This document shows positions 61,280 through 64,000 of a DNA stretch of 64,000 nt, in pieces. Where the stretch lies: the NCBI GenBank assembly GCA_019429005.1, contig JAHYJR010000003.1, forward strand, positions 76,026-140,025, written 5' to 3'. How positions within the stretch are numbered: position 1 is the first letter of the stretch; every line of letters begins with the position of its first letter. The notes beneath the pieces are model-generated. The model searched no databases. It saw only the letters and a program-made list of their open reading frames with translations, and was not told the DNA's origin. Origin of the DNA: Nanobdellati archaeon. GTDB taxonomy: Archaea; EX4484-52; GLR71. Position numbers and translations under genes: made by a program.

Positions 61280-62524
61280 ATGTTAGATTTACAATTTAAA
61301 GGTTATGATGCTACACAGCATCAATTATGTTTTACATATCTTTCAGATTTCAAAAAAAACAAAAAAGATTATACAACAAAAATAGACAAATACAGATTAA
61401 TCTTAAAAGAAGATATAACACATATTTTTGAAAATATTGAACAAGATATTTCTAAAAAAACTATTAATGAATATAACGATATAATTACAAAAATAATAGA
61501 TCAAGATAAACTAAGTACTAAAGAATTAATAAACGTTGTAACTAATTTTGAAGATATTATGAATTCAACACTAACATATCTTAAATCTAATAATTTAGAA
61601 TTTCCTATATATGAAACATATATTGAAACCTATAAACAACTAAATCAAAAAGATATTGAACTCAAAAAAATCAGTAAAACAATGGAAAGACAAAACTCAA
61701 AAAAGATATCACGCGACCCCAAAAAAAGCACAAAAACAGAAAATCTACAAACAAATTTAAAAATAATGATTGAATTTAATTTTGAAGATAATAAACGAAA
61801 AAAAATAATATCTAAATTAAATAAAATTGAAAAAAGTAATGAATTCTTAAAAGAATGTGAAACATTAAAAAATTATATTATTTCTGAAAAAGAAAAAACT
61901 GAACAAAAATTAGAAAACACGCACAAGAACATACAATATATCAAAAACATAATACAGATTAATAATTGTATAGTTGAAGAGTTACGAAACTCAGATGCGA
62001 CTGCAATTGAAAATGAGATACATGCCACAATTATTGAACCTAATATGACAGAGATACAAAAAATTATAGCTTCTAAAAAAAATCTAATATCTGAAAAAAC
62101 AAAACGTCTTGATAACCTTATAACACATATTGAACTTGATAAAAAACATTTAGATGCACTACATAATTATCAGGATCCAAATACTAACCTAGATTACAAC
62201 ACATTATTATCAATCAAAAACTACAACGTCTACAAAATTGGTGACAAATCAACTGCAAAGGCAAAAAATATTCTTTCTGAACTATCAAATGAAAATATTG
62301 AATACTTATCTTCATATTTAAAATTGAGAAAAACAATTGAACAGGATAATAACTGTGTAACAACAACAGAAAAAAGACTTGAAAATGATAGTATAGAACA
62401 TGTGCCTTGTGAAACTACAAGAAATATTATAGAACAAATAAACGATGCTAAACAGATGATACAGAAACTTGAAAAAACAGAACTACCTATAGACTGGGTT
62501 ATTAATCATAATAATAAATATTAA
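61280..62524 (+). CDS. Helical/coiled-coil hypothetical protein (paralogue 1)
   Basis: 414-aa ORF; C-terminal two thirds align with 62537-63913. Confidence 0.75.
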   Translation: MLDLQFKGYDATQHQLCFTYLSDFKKNKKDYTTKIDKYRLILKEDITHIFENIEQDISKKTINEYNDIITKIIDQDKLSTKELINVVTNFEDIMNSTLTYLKSNNLEFPIYETYIETYKQLNQKDIELKKISKTMERQNSKKISRDPKKSTKTENLQTNLKIMIEFNFEDNKRKKIISKLNKIEKSNEFLKECETLKNYIISEKEKTEQKLENTHKNIQYIKNIIQINNCIVEELRNSDATAIENEIHATIIEPNMTEIQKIIASKKNLISEKTKRLDNLITHIELDKKHLDALHNYQDPNTNLDYNTLLSIKNYNVYKIGDKSTAKAKNILSELSNENIEYLSSYLKLRKTIEQDNNCVTTTEKRLENDSIEHVPCETTRNIIEQINDAKQMIQKLEKTELPIDWVINHNNKY

Positions 62525-62536
62525 GAGACGATAAAA

Positions 62537-63913
62537 ATGGAAAATACTGAAATTGGATATGATGAAGAATTACATAAAAAAAGCACTTTTTGGCTTAAGA
62601 CTTTAACAAACTTAAGAGATGAATATGCTGAAAATGTAGTTGGATATACTGAAGTTATTGATAGCACTGAAACAGAACCAGAATACACATTTGAAGCAAT
62701 TAGTAAATATATCACACATGAGACAAATCAAAACGAAATTGATAAGTTATATCATCAATATCATAAAATAATGGACTACCCCGAAGAGTCAAAAGAGGAT
62801 TTTATACATTTTGCAGACCGTACACTCCACATAAAAACATCAGCAGCAGAATATCTTGAACAAAATGGATTACAAATACCATTATACAGAAAACATATAA
62901 AATGGGGTAAAAAACTTAACGAATTACAAGATACTTATATTGGATATATGAGAGAACTTGATAATAACATACAAAAAATATGTACTAAAGGATTAAAACC
63001 AAAAGATATCGACAAAATGAAAATAACTGAAAAAACATTTAAAAATAATTTTAAAGATCTAGATATTAAAAAAGAAGAGTATCGTTATAAATTAAAAAAA
63101 ATTAATAACAGCGATGAATTCAAAACAGAATGCGAAAATGTTAGAAAATATATAAAGGATAAAAAGATTAAAGCTGAAAAATGCATAGAAATTATAAATA
63201 ATAAAATTGAGATATTTAAAGATTATGTTGAACACAGCGATTCCATAGTTTCAACAATCAATTCATCTCAACATTATGCTATCGAAGAACTTGAGCTTAA
63301 ACCAATTATTGAGCGAAGCAGAGATATACTAAAAACGGTTTTAGATGATAAAAATACAGAATATTTAGGTTTAACAAAACGAAATAAAATACTTAGAGAA
63401 TCTATTGACCTTAAACTTTCTGATATCTCAACCCTAAATGACCTTGATAATATAAAACTCAAGATGGATTATATTACAATTAAAGAGATTAAAAACGGAG
63501 AACATGATGATCTCATTAAATATATGAACAAAAGCCCTGCAAAAATCCAAAAGATATTATCAAAAACAAGCGATTCAGATATTGAGCATTTAGTAGCACA
63601 CCTTGCTCTTAAGAAAAAAATCGAAATGACAAATGATTATATAATAGATTTAGAGCAAGCTCTTGAAGGAAACTATAATGTAAATACAGACGAATTAAAA
63701 CCTATTATAAATGAAATCCAAACAGCAACAAGCCATATAGAAAACCTTCCAGACTTTGATTTGAACACAACATCAGTAATGTCAATAGAAGCAAAAATGC
63801 CTATCCTATCAGACCTTAAAGCACTAGATATTGAGTTTATAAAAAAGTTAGATCTAAACAATCTGGATTTTGAAAATCTAGATTTAAACAATCTAGGTTC
63901 AAAAAAGATTTGA
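62537..63913 (+). CDS. Helical/coiled-coil hypothetical protein (paralogue 2)
   Basis: 458-aa ORF sharing NS.EF..ECE...YI, DY.T...IKN and KS.AK...ILS blocks; short LD..NL repeats at the C-terminus. Confidence 0.75.
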   Translation: MENTEIGYDEELHKKSTFWLKTLTNLRDEYAENVVGYTEVIDSTETEPEYTFEAISKYITHETNQNEIDKLYHQYHKIMDYPEESKEDFIHFADRTLHIKTSAAEYLEQNGLQIPLYRKHIKWGKKLNELQDTYIGYMRELDNNIQKICTKGLKPKDIDKMKITEKTFKNNFKDLDIKKEEYRYKLKKINNSDEFKTECENVRKYIKDKKIKAEKCIEIINNKIEIFKDYVEHSDSIVSTINSSQHYAIEELELKPIIERSRDILKTVLDDKNTEYLGLTKRNKILRESIDLKLSDISTLNDLDNIKLKMDYITIKEIKNGEHDDLIKYMNKSPAKIQKILSKTSDSDIEHLVAHLALKKKIEMTNDYIIDLEQALEGNYNVNTDELKPIINEIQTATSHIENLPDFDLNTTSVMSIEAKMPILSDLKALDIEFIKKLDLNNLDFENLDLNNLGSKKI

Positions 63914-63926
63914 TTTGAAAAAAGTT

Positions 63927-63950
63927 TCTGTCTTAAATTTTTAAGACAGA
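63927..63950. terminator. Near-perfect 24-bp inverted repeat TCTGTCTTAAA-TT-TTTAAGACAGA
   Basis: 11-bp arms 14 bp after the stop of 62537-63913. Confidence 0.5.
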
Positions 63951-64000
63951 TTCAACTTAAATCATTAAAAAAAATTAAAGAACAATATCAAGTTCTAAAA

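Overview
AT-rich archaeal chromosome segment. The gene set (Cdc6/Orc1, FEN1, aMBF1, aTrm56, TYW1, PINA ATPase, GGTGA-type RBS, N-sequon-rich surface proteins) and the many small lineage-specific genes are most consistent with a DPANN-type genome; that taxonomy is inference. Intact core genes include tRNA-Arg(CCT), ThrRS, FEN1, RNase Z, a tRNA-modification cluster, a 2-oxoacid:ferredoxin oxidoreductase operon, Trk K+ uptake, an ArsR/thioredoxin/permease operon, and all three enzymes of the archaeal nucleoside-monophosphate pathway (AMP phosphorylase, ribose-1,5-bisphosphate isomerase, form II/III RuBisCO with its assembly-domain insert). Interspersed are at least eight decayed accessory genes and several short tandem arrays. 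Best leads: (1) a HisRS pseudo-enzyme that has lost the catalytic motifs but kept the anticodon-binding domain, 10 bp upstream of a PIN-ATPase-KH gene and followed by one of two PC4-like paralogues; (2) a three-gene mosaic (RMD1-like 5' part, inverted rpl14 fragment, thrC 3' part) joined at short overlaps; (3) a 13-mer, AACTCTCACATTT, present four times on one strand within 2.3 kb; (4) porG lacking an ATG/GTG/TTG start ahead of its conserved N-terminus. No CRISPR array, transposase, integrase or rRNA was seen.
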